Notes: generated by a model from the sequence alone, not told the origin. Shown: positions 49,568 to 59,850, numbered from the stretch's first letter. The stretch is 64,000 bases of DNA from Anaplasma sp. (GCA_052043535.1 JBQEQW010000012.1:21560-85559); one strand, 5' to 3'. A program made the numbers and translations.

Positions 49568-50752
49568 CTAGTCTTGTAGAACGTTGCCGCCTTCTATGGG
49601 TGGTAGTCCGAAAGAGGCCCGCTTCTCATTGATTGTCATGAACGTTGCATTTTGTACGTACTGCCACAGCCTCTGTCTTTTCTCGGTCAGGATACTGATC
49701 GATTCCTTGTCGTAGGACAAAAACAAGTTGCCGTCAAACCTGGGGACCAGCCATGAGTTGAGATGTGCCAGGATGCTTTCTAGGTGTGGGATGACCGTTT
49801 GTTCCCAGAGAGCCAATCTAGCTTCTGAAAGGTTGCTGTACGTGTTATCGCCGGGTATCCCTAACAGCTGCGGAGATACTCCAAATGCTAGTGCAATCTC
49901 TCGGGCAGAGATGTTTTTAGATTCAATGAAGTCCATGTCCTTGGGAGACAAGCTCATTTCCTTCCACTCCAATCCGCCCTCGAGCAGCATGGGCCGCCCG
50001 ACATTTCGCGATCCTGTGTAAAGCTCTTCTATTTGTGCTCTGAGCCTTTGATATTGTTCCTTGGTCAAAGTGTTATTGCGTTCGTCTTTGGTTCTGACAA
50101 CCAAGGCCCCGCTAGGGCGGGCACCGTTCTGCAGCATTGCTTGGTTCCACGAACTGGCTTGGTTGTGTTGATCTATACTGTAGGCAGCTGCCTCTATTGT
50201 TGAGAGACCGTACCAATCATTCAGAGGGTGGAAGTTTTTCAAGTGCAGCAGATCATGCCGGTTGGTAGCTCTATCCACCTGAAATTCATGCACTTCATTG
50301 TTTACCCGGTAACGATACGTGACGGCGTCCCTACCAGACTTGTGAGTAATCTCCACCCTGTCGGGCCTCAGTAGGTACAATTCCTTGGGCACCATGTCCC
50401 GATTTTCTATGGACAGGATATAGGAGTTCCCGCTGATGAGCCTGTAGGTCACTATCCCTTCTATCAGTTCAGACCTTGTCATGGCGTAGTTGGGGCGGGA
50501 CAGCAGCGACAATATTGGGTGGTGACATATCTGAAAAACACCGTTTTCGGTGTTTTTATGCAATGTGATGTTTACCGAACCCGCCGCTGCAGCCACCATG
50601 TGTATGGACCTGAAGGCAATAACGTTTTTTATATAGCCATTTCTTGCGAAATTAACATAATCCCGGTCTCCCCAAGTTGCTTCCCTGCAGTGTTCTATGA
50701 ATGATGAAGATATGTTGTTGCTTCTGTTCAGAAAACTGAAAGTTTCGCGCAT
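49568..50752 (-). CDS. HK97-family phage portal protein
   Basis: 394 aa. The length and conserved blocks (SGNSYIL, NQAMLQNGARPSGAL, REIALAFGVSPQLLG) match HK97/GTA portals. Confidence 0.85.
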   Translation of the reverse strand: MRETFSFLNRSNNISSSFIEHCREATWGDRDYVNFARNGYIKNVIAFRSIHMVAAAAGSVNITLHKNTENGVFQICHHPILSLLSRPNYAMTRSELIEGIVTYRLISGNSYILSIENRDMVPKELYLLRPDRVEITHKSGRDAVTYRYRVNNEVHEFQVDRATNRHDLLHLKNFHPLNDWYGLSTIEAAAYSIDQHNQASSWNQAMLQNGARPSGALVVRTKDERNNTLTKEQYQRLRAQIEELYTGSRNVGRPMLLEGGLEWKEMSLSPKDMDFIESKNISAREIALAFGVSPQLLGIPGDNTYSNLSEARLALWEQTVIPHLESILAHLNSWLVPRFDGNLFLSYDKESISILTEKRQRLWQYVQNATFMTINEKRASFGLPPIEGGNVLQD

Positions 50753-51019
50753 TTGCGGGGACCCTATATAGGAAATGTTTTTTATGCTAGAGTATGCCCA
50801 GTGTTTGTGGGAAGCAGTTTATAGGCTTTTGGGGCGCGATAGACCGATTCCTTCTGTGCACATGCCAGCTTGGACCAAACGAACTGGCCGAGCAACGGCT
50901 GCAACATCTCCCCTTTCGTTACGGGCATGCGGGAAGTTGCAAGGCCCATTACGGAATGCGCAGCGACAGAACCCTAGGAACATAGCTTATTTAAGTTATC
51001 AAAAAACAATTTTATTGGT

Positions 51020-52009
51020 ATGCTTCTAACATTAAATAGCGAAGACGTGTCCGCCAAGATGCTAGATAATTACAGCGATTTGTCCAGCGAAATTAAAGAG
51101 ATCGCGAGGGAGAAAAATGCCGTCATTTTGGCGCACTACTATCAGGAAGATGAAATACAAGAAATTGCTGATTTTGTTGGGGATTCTCTGGAGCTGTCAA
51201 GAGAAGCAGCCGCAACTGGTGCGGACTTTATAGTTTTTTGCGGGGTTTTTTTCATGGCCGAAGTGGCCAAGATCTTAAATCCTAGCAAGAAGGTTATAAT
51301 GCCTGACATGAAAGCGGGATGCTCACTAGCAGACTCCTGCCGTGGGGAGGACTTTAAAAAATTTAGACAGGCGCACGGTGATCACGTTGCTGTTACCTAC
51401 ATCAACTCCTCTGCTGAGGTCAAGTACTACTCGGACATAATATGCACTTCCTCAAATGCTGCGAAAATAATTAGTGGCATTCCGAAAGACAAAAAGATAT
51501 TGTTTGCGCCGGATCGATTCTTAGGGGAGTTTTTGCAGCAAAAAACCGGAAGGGAAATGCTGCTATGGCATGGTAGTTGCGTTGTACATGAGAGCTTCTC
51601 CGAGGCAAGCCTTGTTGACCTTACAGTGCGGCACGAAAATGCCCATATCGTTGCACACCCAGAGTGTCCAGGAAACCTGCTGAAATACGCTCACTGTATA
51701 GGCTCTACTACCCATCTACTGAAGTATGCTGCTGCGCACCCGGGATCGGAGTTTATTGTACTTACCGAGGAGGGGCTAATACATCAGATGAAGAAAGCAT
51801 CTCCAGGAAGCAAGTTCTACGTAGTAGGCTCCCAACAGGGTTGCGATACCTGTAGCAAGTGCCCGTACATGAGGCTAAATACTCTCGAGAAGTTATACAA
51901 GTGCATTGCGGAGGAGTCACCAGAGGTAAGTATAAGCGAAGATGTTCTAGCAGGTGCTCGCAAACCAATTGAGGCCATGATGCAGGCGTCTTTTGCTCCA
52001 AGCGTGTAG
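51020..52009 (+). CDS. nadA: quinolinate synthase A
   Basis: [22 protein letters not shown] and C-terminal CxxCPYM cluster ligands. ATG 51059 is an alternative start. Confidence 0.9.
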   Translation: MLLTLNSEDVSAKMLDNYSDLSSEIKEIAREKNAVILAHYYQEDEIQEIADFVGDSLELSREAAATGADFIVFCGVFFMAEVAKILNPSKKVIMPDMKAGCSLADSCRGEDFKKFRQAHGDHVAVTYINSSAEVKYYSDIICTSSNAAKIISGIPKDKKILFAPDRFLGEFLQQKTGREMLLWHGSCVVHESFSEASLVDLTVRHENAHIVAHPECPGNLLKYAHCIGSTTHLLKYAAAHPGSEFIVLTEEGLIHQMKKASPGSKFYVVGSQQGCDTCSKCPYMRLNTLEKLYKCIAEESPEVSISEDVLAGARKPIEAMMQASFAPSV

Positions 52010-52028
52010 GAACCGCAGCAGCAGTGCT

Positions 52029-52400
52029 TCACAGGTTGTCGCTGAAGTACTGTGCCTTGTCTAGGTCGTCCTTGTACTTTTCAGCATCCTCCATAGGAGG
52101 CTTTGAGGAGGTGACATTCTTCCACTGCTTGGAGAACTTGGCGTTCAGCTCGTAAAAGTGCCTCAAATTCTTCTGCCGGTCATTTAGCGCGCCATCATCC
52201 CCAGTAAGGACGTCCCCCATGAACTCGTCACTCGCTATGGCCTCCACTGGGCATTCAGGTATGCAGACCCCGCAATCTATGCACTGATCCGGGTCGATAA
52301 CCAACATGTTATTGCCCTCGTAGAAGCAATCTACCGGGCACACTTCGACACAGTCTGTGTACTTACACCTTATACACCTGTCTGTGACAAAATGGGTCAT
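52029..52400 (-). CDS. fdxA: ferredoxin (7Fe, 3Fe-4S plus 4Fe-4S type)
   Basis: [14 protein letters not shown] and [12 protein letters not shown] cluster motifs. Confidence 0.9.
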   Translation of the reverse strand: MTHFVTDRCIRCKYTDCVEVCPVDCFYEGNNMLVIDPDQCIDCGVCIPECPVEAIASDEFMGDVLTGDDGALNDRQKNLRHFYELNAKFSKQWKNVTSSKPPMEDAEKYKDDLDKAQYFSDNL

Positions 52401-52562
52401 AAAACGGGGGACAACTACGCCTCACCATGATATGCTACTGCTGTCTGGGGGTCAAGGCTAATTAACAGGGCAAATCGGGGCGGGGTTTCTCTGAGTGAAA
52501 GGGCCTGCTGTGGCGCTTGTGTCTGCCAGACGCAGTTGGAAAGTCACCTTTTGGAGATTTAT

Positions 52563-53555
52563 ATGAGGGTGTACTCGCACACCGATCCCAGCTATATAAT
52601 TGACAAGAAACTTTGTATAGTTGGCTACGGCTCTCAGGGTACTGCTCAGGCCATGAATCTGCGCGACAGTGGGGCAAATGACATATCCATTGTTTTATAC
52701 GATGGGTCGCCTAGTGTTGGTAGAGCAACGCGGGATGGATTTCACGTAGATGTTTCAGGCACATCGGTACAAAATGCCGATGTTGTGATCATGTTGGCTC
52801 CTGATGAATTGCATCAGAAGATATGCAAAGCTCTGGCCGAGTATTTCAAGCCCGGGCAGGTGATCATGTTTGCCCATGGGCTAAGTGTGTTATACAACTT
52901 GGTCGCTCTGCCGGAGTTTATGGATGTATGCCTTGTGTCCCCCAAGTCGGTGGGCACTGAGGTCAGGAACCAATATCTTACCGGCAAGGGGGTTGCGTGC
53001 TGCCTCTCGGTACTGCAGGACCGCAGCGGAAACGCACAAACGGTGGCGGATTCATATGCAGCGGCGGTCATGCTTGGTAATTTGATAATTGAGACCTCTT
53101 GCAAGGAGGAAACGGAAGCGAATTTGTTCTCTGAGCAGGTGGTATTATGCGGAGGTGTTCCGTCACTAATCAAGGCCGCCTTCGAGGTCATGATTGGTGC
53201 GGGAATATCACCAGAGCTTGCGTACTTGAACTGCCTACACGAGATGAAGCTAATCACTGACCTGATGTATCACCGGGGGATGTACGGCGTTTTGAGCAAC
53301 GTTTCGAGCGTAGCCGGATACGGTGCTGTCACCGTGGGGGACAGGCTCATAAACAGCCGCGTAAAGCTGGAAATGCAAAAAACGCTGAGCAAAATACGCA
53401 GCGGCGACTTCTTTCAGGAGCTTGCCAAAATGCCAAACCTGCGGCGCACTATGCAGGAGTATTTCAATACACTAAAGGACCACCCAATCGAGGTTGTAGG
53501 GGCGAAAATAAGACACTTGATGAAGCTGGAAGAACCCCAGGGGTGGACCGACTAA
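52563..53555 (+). CDS. ilvC: ketol-acid reductoisomerase (class I)
   Basis: IVGYGSQGTAQAMNLRDSG, LFSEQVVLCGG and CLHEMKLITDLMY motifs. ATG 52563 lies within the ORF that opens at 52536. Confidence 0.85.
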   Translation: MRVYSHTDPSYIIDKKLCIVGYGSQGTAQAMNLRDSGANDISIVLYDGSPSVGRATRDGFHVDVSGTSVQNADVVIMLAPDELHQKICKALAEYFKPGQVIMFAHGLSVLYNLVALPEFMDVCLVSPKSVGTEVRNQYLTGKGVACCLSVLQDRSGNAQTVADSYAAAVMLGNLIIETSCKEETEANLFSEQVVLCGGVPSLIKAAFEVMIGAGISPELAYLNCLHEMKLITDLMYHRGMYGVLSNVSSVAGYGAVTVGDRLINSRVKLEMQKTLSKIRSGDFFQELAKMPNLRRTMQEYFNTLKDHPIEVVGAKIRHLMKLEEPQGWTD

Positions 53556-53589
53556 GGCACACCTGCAGAACGCAAGGAAAGGCGTGACC

Positions 53590-55812
53590 TTAGGGCTGTG
53601 AATCCTTCTCCCGGTCCTCCTGGGCAGCATCAGTGGGTGCACCTGCTTCCTCTTTTGGATACGGATCCTCGTCAACCTGCGTGTCCTCGAAACCTGTATC
53701 ATCTGCTGCAAAGTCTTCATAAGGAAGAGCTTCGTCGTCTTCCATGCCATCTGTCCCACCGGCTGCTGTATCTTCATCCCAACCAGCACCCTGCTCGTCG
53801 CTGCCTAAGCTGCTTTCCTCATAATAGTGGTCGACATCCTCATCGCTCACATCATCCAGACCTGCAGCGTCGAGCAATTCGTCTTCTTCCTCTATTGCGT
53901 CTAGGCCTTCCATATACTCGCTGTCTTCACTCTGCGCGAGATCCTCCTCTAGCTCTTCTGTGAGATCACCTCCAGCTACCTCTGCTGGACTATCCTCCAC
54001 GGGGGGTAGAGCCTCTTGCTCACCTTCTGTTGGTGGCATCTCTTCCGATACGGCCCCGTCATCCTCCACAAGCTCATTTGCTCTTGCCTTTTCCGGATTA
54101 TAGGGCTCTTGTGTCGGGACAAATGAGCTCTTGAGTATTTTTTTCGTAAAGGCCTTGTCTTCGTAGTACTTAATCTTCCTTGACTTTATAGGGTACGTGG
54201 ACTCGATCAGAAGAATCTGCTCATCTTTAGGGAGCATAATCACTTCCTGGGGCAGCAACAAAGCCCGCTGCGTGTCAGAAATGTGTAGAGAACGCGACGC
54301 AGGATTCAGGTCCAAAAACTTCGGTCTGTTGAGTGACTCCTGGCTTACAGTCTTGTTACCTATAAGCTGAGAGATCAGGTTTGCAGTTTCGATGTTGTTT
54401 GCTGCAAACGTAATTCTGTATGTGGAATTTGACAGGAAGGAGTTCATCCCCGCTTCCTCATATATCCCCTTCAGCTGTTCAGTATCTTGTATGATCAAGA
54501 ACAGTCTTACCCTATAACCACGGAAGTAAGCGATACCGCTCTGGAATTGCTCCATCTTACCCAAAGTCGGGAACTCGTCCATCATGAAGAGTACCCCGTA
54601 TGGTTCATCCTCTGAAGGCAGTGACCGACACAAGAACTCAGTCGCTTGCTGGTAAAACACCTGCATCAAAGGCCGAAGCCGAGTCAGGTTGTCAGGTGTT
54701 ACCCCAACATACACGGTGATCCGCTTCTTCTTGAAATCCTGTATGTTAAAGTCACTGGACGCGGTGGTGGTATCGATGAGAGGGTTAGCCCACAGTTCCA
54801 GTGAAGAGTTCATCGTCGATACAACACCCGATCGTTCCTTGTCTGCTTTTTGCAGAAAGGCGGCTATGTTCATGTACGCTACTGGGTGGATTTTCTTTCC
54901 TATGGTATCCAAAACGACGGCCAGGTTGTAGACAACGTCGTCACTACGCATGGTTCTAACAACTTCACCAAACGACTTGACCTTCTCCGGTACTGCCACC
55001 AGATACAGCACGACCCCTACGAACAAACTGCGGGCCTCGTTGTACCAGAAGTCCTGCTCGGGCATGATTAGGTTTGCTATCTTCTGCACGTCATCCACCA
55101 TTTGGCCAGGCTTAGTACTTATCCAGTCTAATGGGTTATAACAGTGACTTATGCCGTCCGGCTGGGCTGGGTTCCATACATAGACCTCCTGGCCAATTTT
55201 CTTTCTCCACCCACTGGTGAGGTCATAGTTTTCCAGCTTTATATCGTGCACCACCAAAGAGTCCTCCCAGAACAGGAGGTTTGGAATCACAAACCCCACA
55301 CCTTTACCGGAACCTGTAGGCGCGAAGAGCAGAGCGTGCTGGTACCCATCTGCAACCAGATATCCTCTCTGGTCTTTCCCAAGTAAGATCCCCTTCCTGC
55401 TCCGCAGGCCTATTTTCCGTATATCTCGCTCGGACGCCCACCTGGAGTCACCATGCAACGCCTCCTTTTTCTTGAAAGGCCGCCACTCTATCAGAATATG
55501 TCGCGTGTTCCAACATACGGTACCAAGCAAACCTACAGGCGCGAAAAAAGAGAGCCACAGCTTCAACGAATTGGCGACGCCATAAAGCTTCGGATTGACC
55601 CACCAACCGTGAACGTAATTAAAGATTGTGGGCCACAACCGCATGGGGAAATCGGCTATGCTTGGGTTGAGAGCGTTAAAGTCCAAATATTCAAGCCCCC
55701 ACATAGACAAAACAAAAAGCGCCCCGGAGATGTAGAAGCAAAACTCCAGAATGAAAAATAGCCCGAAGACGAACACTAAGACGTTCCGTATGTGATTAGA
55801 GCTACTGTGCAT
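53590..55812 (-). CDS. virD4: type IV secretion coupling protein VirD4
   Basis: Two N-terminal TM helices, the Walker A APTGSGKGVG, and TraG/VirD4 blocks (MMDEFPTLG). Carries a ~160-aa D/E-rich C-terminal extension. Confidence 0.95.
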   Translation of the reverse strand: MHSSSNHIRNVLVFVFGLFFILEFCFYISGALFVLSMWGLEYLDFNALNPSIADFPMRLWPTIFNYVHGWWVNPKLYGVANSLKLWLSFFAPVGLLGTVCWNTRHILIEWRPFKKKEALHGDSRWASERDIRKIGLRSRKGILLGKDQRGYLVADGYQHALLFAPTGSGKGVGFVIPNLLFWEDSLVVHDIKLENYDLTSGWRKKIGQEVYVWNPAQPDGISHCYNPLDWISTKPGQMVDDVQKIANLIMPEQDFWYNEARSLFVGVVLYLVAVPEKVKSFGEVVRTMRSDDVVYNLAVVLDTIGKKIHPVAYMNIAAFLQKADKERSGVVSTMNSSLELWANPLIDTTTASSDFNIQDFKKKRITVYVGVTPDNLTRLRPLMQVFYQQATEFLCRSLPSEDEPYGVLFMMDEFPTLGKMEQFQSGIAYFRGYRVRLFLIIQDTEQLKGIYEEAGMNSFLSNSTYRITFAANNIETANLISQLIGNKTVSQESLNRPKFLDLNPASRSLHISDTQRALLLPQEVIMLPKDEQILLIESTYPIKSRKIKYYEDKAFTKKILKSSFVPTQEPYNPEKARANELVEDDGAVSEEMPPTEGEQEALPPVEDSPAEVAGGDLTEELEEDLAQSEDSEYMEGLDAIEEEDELLDAAGLDDVSDEDVDHYYEESSLGSDEQGAGWDEDTAAGGTDGMEDDEALPYEDFAADDTGFEDTQVDEDPYPKEEAGAPTDAAQEDREKDSQP

Positions 55813-55862
55813 GGCTTACTAACTGGGGGACTTCTACGTCGGGTAACCGCATAGCTTGAAGT

Positions 55863-56861
55863 CTAAGCATGGCCCTGTGAACTTTTGGTGAACAGGATCT
55901 CCGCAACGTGTCTTACCCCCCCTGGCTCCCTCTTCAGTTGAATTATTACATCCACTATGTTAGTGACGTAGTTAACTATTTGCTCAGGTGGAAGTCCCAG
56001 GTCCGCCTGCATTACCATAAGCTTAAGCTGTTCTATAGCCATTTTCGGAGTGTCCGCGTGTAGTGTGGATATAGAACCAGGATGCCCAGTGTTAATCGCC
56101 CGCAGGAAGCTAAACGCCTCTGCACCCCGCAACTCCCCGACGATTATCCTATCAGGCCTTAACCTGAGACACGCCTCTATCAAATCCTGGGTGGTGACCT
56201 TGGCGCGTCCTTGTCCACCTTTAGACGCAAGCAAATGCACTCTGTTCGCGTGGTCTAGCACTATTTCCCTGGAGTCTTCCACCGTTATTATTCTCTCCTC
56301 CCTGGGGATCACGCGAAGAGCTGCGTTCGTGAACGTGGTTTTTCCGGTTGATGTACCGCCACTGACTACGATATTCTTCTTGCTTGTGACGGCGAGCTCT
56401 ATGAAACGCTTGATATCTCCCTGTTGGAGCAAGGCATCTAACTCCTGATTTACAACATCTCTAGTTGCGTCTACGCGCTTAGCTACGTGCGAAAACGCGC
56501 CCATCTTTTCGTAGTCGTCTAGGGACAACTGCACCGTAGAGGGTTTTCTTATAGACAGCACCACCTTGTCGCTCTCACACGCAGGTGGAAAAACCACCTG
56601 CACACGGAACCCGTTGGGGAGAGACGCGGACAAAAGAGGGGTCTCCTCACTGAGTTGCTGCTCGGTTGCCTGCGCAACCAGCCTGCCTAAGGCCTTCAGG
56701 TGGGACAGCGTGAGACTCTCGACCTTCTCGCACCGTATATCCCCCCTGTTTTCTACCCAGACCTCCCTTGCCTTGTTGATCGAGATTTCGTTGACGCCCT
56801 CTTCGTTGAAAATGTCCTGTAAGGGCTCCAAATATGTCTCTAACGCAGCGTATCCTGTCAT
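55863..56861 (-). CDS. virB11: type IV secretion ATPase VirB11
   Basis: The Walker A GGTSTGKTT, the GELRG motif and a His box. The ATG at 56861 lies within the ORF that opens at 56885. Confidence 0.95.
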   Translation of the reverse strand: MTGYAALETYLEPLQDIFNEEGVNEISINKAREVWVENRGDIRCEKVESLTLSHLKALGRLVAQATEQQLSEETPLLSASLPNGFRVQVVFPPACESDKVVLSIRKPSTVQLSLDDYEKMGAFSHVAKRVDATRDVVNQELDALLQQGDIKRFIELAVTSKKNIVVSGGTSTGKTTFTNAALRVIPREERIITVEDSREIVLDHANRVHLLASKGGQGRAKVTTQDLIEACLRLRPDRIIVGELRGAEAFSFLRAINTGHPGSISTLHADTPKMAIEQLKLMVMQADLGLPPEQIVNYVTNIVDVIIQLKREPGGVRHVAEILFTKSSQGHA

Positions 56862-56945
56862 ACAAGCACACACAACACCCAACACACAGCGAGCGCCCCC
56901 GCCCGCCGAGGGATTTCACTTACCTAACCCCCCTAACTCGCGCCC

Positions 56946-58298
56946 TTACCTCCTTATGGCGTCCTTGGGGAATACTATGTCCTGGTTCACAAATACCTTC
57001 ATTATGGTTCCCTGGTCAACATAAATGGTTGGTTTGGCATCAGAGTACTTCTTAATCAAGGACTTGATGGACTCAGAGAAATCCTTCACAGCATCAGAGA
57101 CGATCTTGACCGGCAGAGTAGTTGTCTCTGCAGCAGACGTCTTCTCTCCCCCTTCTCCCTCCTTAGCGGCGGTAGTCGGAGCAGTAGTGGTCTTGGTCCT
57201 GATAGGCTCTTCGCTGACTTTAGGTATCTTCGAGGTTACGAATGCAGTACCTAGAGAAACCCCGGCGAGCAGAATCGTGGATGTCAGAGCGCTTCCCACC
57301 TTGCTATCCACGACCCCTGAGGTACCATTCCTTCCCAGCTCATCCGTACCCCCAGAGTTTATTTGAATGTCTATACCATGAGGCAGGATTACCCTGGACC
57401 AACTCACGCTGACTCTGGTGCTGTTTCCGGCGCCGTCGAAGAAGTAACTACCTATCAACCTGGATCCTTTGGGTATCATGACATCGTTACCAGCCTCAGC
57501 GTACACATCTCTGGATACGATGGCTCTCAGCACCCCTGGCATGTCAGAGTTGATAGCCGTCTCCAGGACCGCGTCTATCATATGCCCTTGGAGGATCACG
57601 TGCCCGGGATCCCCGACCCTGGTCGCACTGACGCTAGGTGAGCTTGTGCCTTCGAGTGTATCCCACGACTTGAAACGGCCGTCAGTACCTGAACCACCGG
57701 CTTCAGCTCCTTCTGTGCCACCACCTAGTGCTATCATAGGTGAGCCACGTCTCTCCCTGTCATACCCGTAGGAGGACGATGAGGAATAATCCGGTGTCGG
57801 CCCAGCTTGACCGTACGGCATAGGTATATTATGAGCAAAATCGTCATCGAAAGAGGGTTCCGGCTCAGCCTCTTTTTTACTAATGGTGGGAGGCAGCAGT
57901 TCCTTAGTTTCCTCAACGTCTGTAGGAGCAGTCTCCTCCTTTTTCTTCTTGCTTATCCTAGCCAGTGTTGGTAACTCAGGGGCGCTAGGCATTACCAGGG
58001 GAGGTAGCTCTGGCAGTTTTGGAGGTGGGGTCAGAATTCTGGGTGCAGTCTCTTGTGCGGGAACTTCTGACTCTTTGAGCAGCTTCTCTATGTTCTCCTG
58101 CTTCTCCACAACCTGACGAGGCTCCTCAGCCTGCTCTTTTGTGTCATCACTGTGGAAAAAGACATAATACCCTATTCCAGTAACAGCACACGCCACCAAA
58201 ACTATAAACAGCTTCTTGCTTTTGTGTACCCCGACTACGTTGACGCTTTCCTCCATGCCCTCATCGTAGCCACCACCGCCCTTGGTTTCTTCTGACAT
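56946..58298 (-). CDS. virB10: type IV secretion protein VirB10
   Basis: An N-terminal TM helix, a proline-rich linker (PPPKLPELPPLVMPSAPELP) and a C-terminal TrbI/VirB10 barrel. Confidence 0.9.
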   Translation of the reverse strand: MSEETKGGGGYDEGMEESVNVVGVHKSKKLFIVLVACAVTGIGYYVFFHSDDTKEQAEEPRQVVEKQENIEKLLKESEVPAQETAPRILTPPPKLPELPPLVMPSAPELPTLARISKKKKEETAPTDVEETKELLPPTISKKEAEPEPSFDDDFAHNIPMPYGQAGPTPDYSSSSSYGYDRERRGSPMIALGGGTEGAEAGGSGTDGRFKSWDTLEGTSSPSVSATRVGDPGHVILQGHMIDAVLETAINSDMPGVLRAIVSRDVYAEAGNDVMIPKGSRLIGSYFFDGAGNSTRVSVSWSRVILPHGIDIQINSGGTDELGRNGTSGVVDSKVGSALTSTILLAGVSLGTAFVTSKIPKVSEEPIRTKTTTAPTTAAKEGEGGEKTSAAETTTLPVKIVSDAVKDFSESIKSLIKKYSDAKPTIYVDQGTIMKVFVNQDIVFPKDAIRR

Positions 58299-58322
58299 CG
58301 TCTAAACTCAACTGTTAAACTT

Positions 58323-59177
58323 TTAAAGCACCTTATTCACAACTCCAACACTACCATTGCCGTAATCAAGGTGCAGTTTTTTGTGCACCCCCTCGATTAT
58401 CACATAGCCGTTCAACAACAACATCCTGCAGGGCACCTTCTTCCCACCATGCCTTCCCACAGAGAATATTTTCGGGATTACCTTATTGTTCCCATGAAAC
58501 CGAAAATACGTAAGCATCCCATCGTCGAATGTCATCACTGGCACTATTTGCTCATCTGCGTTGCTGGCAGAAAACTCGTAATTTCTACTGGTATCGTTAG
58601 GCCTTATAGTAACCTCACCTCCCTTCGCAGGACTTCTCACTAGGCTTGGAGCTGAGAGGTCTGACAAACCAACGTTCAAGAGGTCAAACTCTCTGTTGCT
58701 GTCGGGGTAGTAGAAGCGCACAACATACGCAAGATCTGACAACGGAGATCCTGCCCTGCCTATAACATCAGCCCCTTGCGCGACGGCCGCTCCCGCGACG
58801 CCACTAGGGCTGGACCTCGACACCAAGTCGAAGGCATAACTGCGCCCCTTATTGGTTTCTACCAGCATGTTGGTTGTGCCTTCCCTCTCCAGCGGTACGA
58901 TAAACAGCTTGTTATCCACAGGTTTCACCTTCCAGTGAGTGCTATCCCCCATCGCCATCACCTTTATGGTCTCGCCCTTGGAGAACTCTATGTAGGAATG
59001 GTACCCGTAATTAAACACGACTGTGAATATCTCGTTCGGACTGTACACAAAGGTTTTAATCCTACTGTCCACCGATATAGGTGCATCCCTACCAGCAGAA
59101 ACAGCCCAAGTCGAACCTCCAGCGAAAACAACAGCCAACAAAGTTGACAACGCAACCAAGCTTCTATAAAAATTCAT
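58323..59177 (-). CDS. virB9: type IV secretion protein VirB9
   Basis: A signal peptide and CagX/VirB9 N- and C-domains. Sits between virB8 and virB10. Confidence 0.9.
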   Translation of the reverse strand: MNFYRSLVALSTLLAVVFAGGSTWAVSAGRDAPISVDSRIKTFVYSPNEIFTVVFNYGYHSYIEFSKGETIKVMAMGDSTHWKVKPVDNKLFIVPLEREGTTNMLVETNKGRSYAFDLVSRSSPSGVAGAAVAQGADVIGRAGSPLSDLAYVVRFYYPDSNREFDLLNVGLSDLSAPSLVRSPAKGGEVTIRPNDTSRNYEFSASNADEQIVPVMTFDDGMLTYFRFHGNNKVIPKIFSVGRHGGKKVPCRMLLLNGYVIIEGVHKKLHLDYGNGSVGVVNKVL

Positions 59178-59850
59178 CGTCTGCCCTATAGTAAGTAATC
59201 TGAAATCCCAGGGGATTCACCTGCCTGTCTTGGTCGTTCATTTCAAGAGAGGAGTACTTGAAGGATAGAGTGGCTATTCTGTCCCTCTTGGTGACAGATC
59301 CACTGTGGTTGGTAAATTCTAGAGAAAACCGCACCTGCACATTTCCTGCGCTTAAGTGCTGCAACGACCGCACCTTCAGGGTGCCGGATACCACGTCAGA
59401 GTATAATGCCATTGGGCTCGAAGGGTTGCTGGGCCTTATCCAGTTACGAAACTCGCCGTAAGCCTCCTGCGCGGAAAGCAGGCGCACTTTGGTGTAGTAG
59501 TTATACTGGAAGTTGTTCGGGTCATAAAGTTCCCGCGCTCGGACATACTCGACTATGAAGTAATTACTCAGCACCTCATCTGCGGAGTACTGCTTCACTG
59601 TAATGGGGTTCACTAACGTGGTGATGCCTGACTTCTTTTCTATCTCAACCACGAACGGCTCAATCGTTCTGGTCTTTCCTATTCTAAAGATAACGAAAGT
59701 GCTCACTGCAATGCAGGATACGGATAGCACAACGAGGAAGAGAAGAATGTTCCGTTGTACCGTGACCGAACTATACCTGTCATGGTACCAGTCTCTGGTA
59801 TCCGCTGAGACAGCGGCGTCACCCCTCTTCACGAACCCAAAAATGCCCAT
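59164..59850 (-). CDS. virB8: type IV secretion protein VirB8
   Basis: A bitopic protein with one TM helix after ~35 aa and an NTF2-like periplasmic domain. Its 3' end overlaps the virB9 start by 14 nt. Confidence 0.9.
   Translation of the reverse strand: MGIFGFVKRGDAAVSADTRDWYHDRYSSVTVQRNILLFLVVLSVSCIAVSTFVIFRIGKTRTIEPFVVEIEKKSGITTLVNPITVKQYSADEVLSNYFIVEYVRARELYDPNNFQYNYYTKVRLLSAQEAYGEFRNWIRPSNPSSPMALYSDVVSGTLKVRSLQHLSAGNVQVRFSLEFTNHSGSVTKRDRIATLSFKYSSLEMNDQDRQVNPLGFQITYYRADDEFL

Larger units (their letters stand above)
49086..50752 (-). mobile_element. two-gene HK97/GTA-like head-morphogenesis remnant (portal + prohead protease)
   Basis: The portal-then-protease order and 26-nt spacing match the g3-g4 part of alphaproteobacterial GTA/HK97 head modules. 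No terminase, capsid, tail or integrase genes flank it. Confidence 0.55.
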
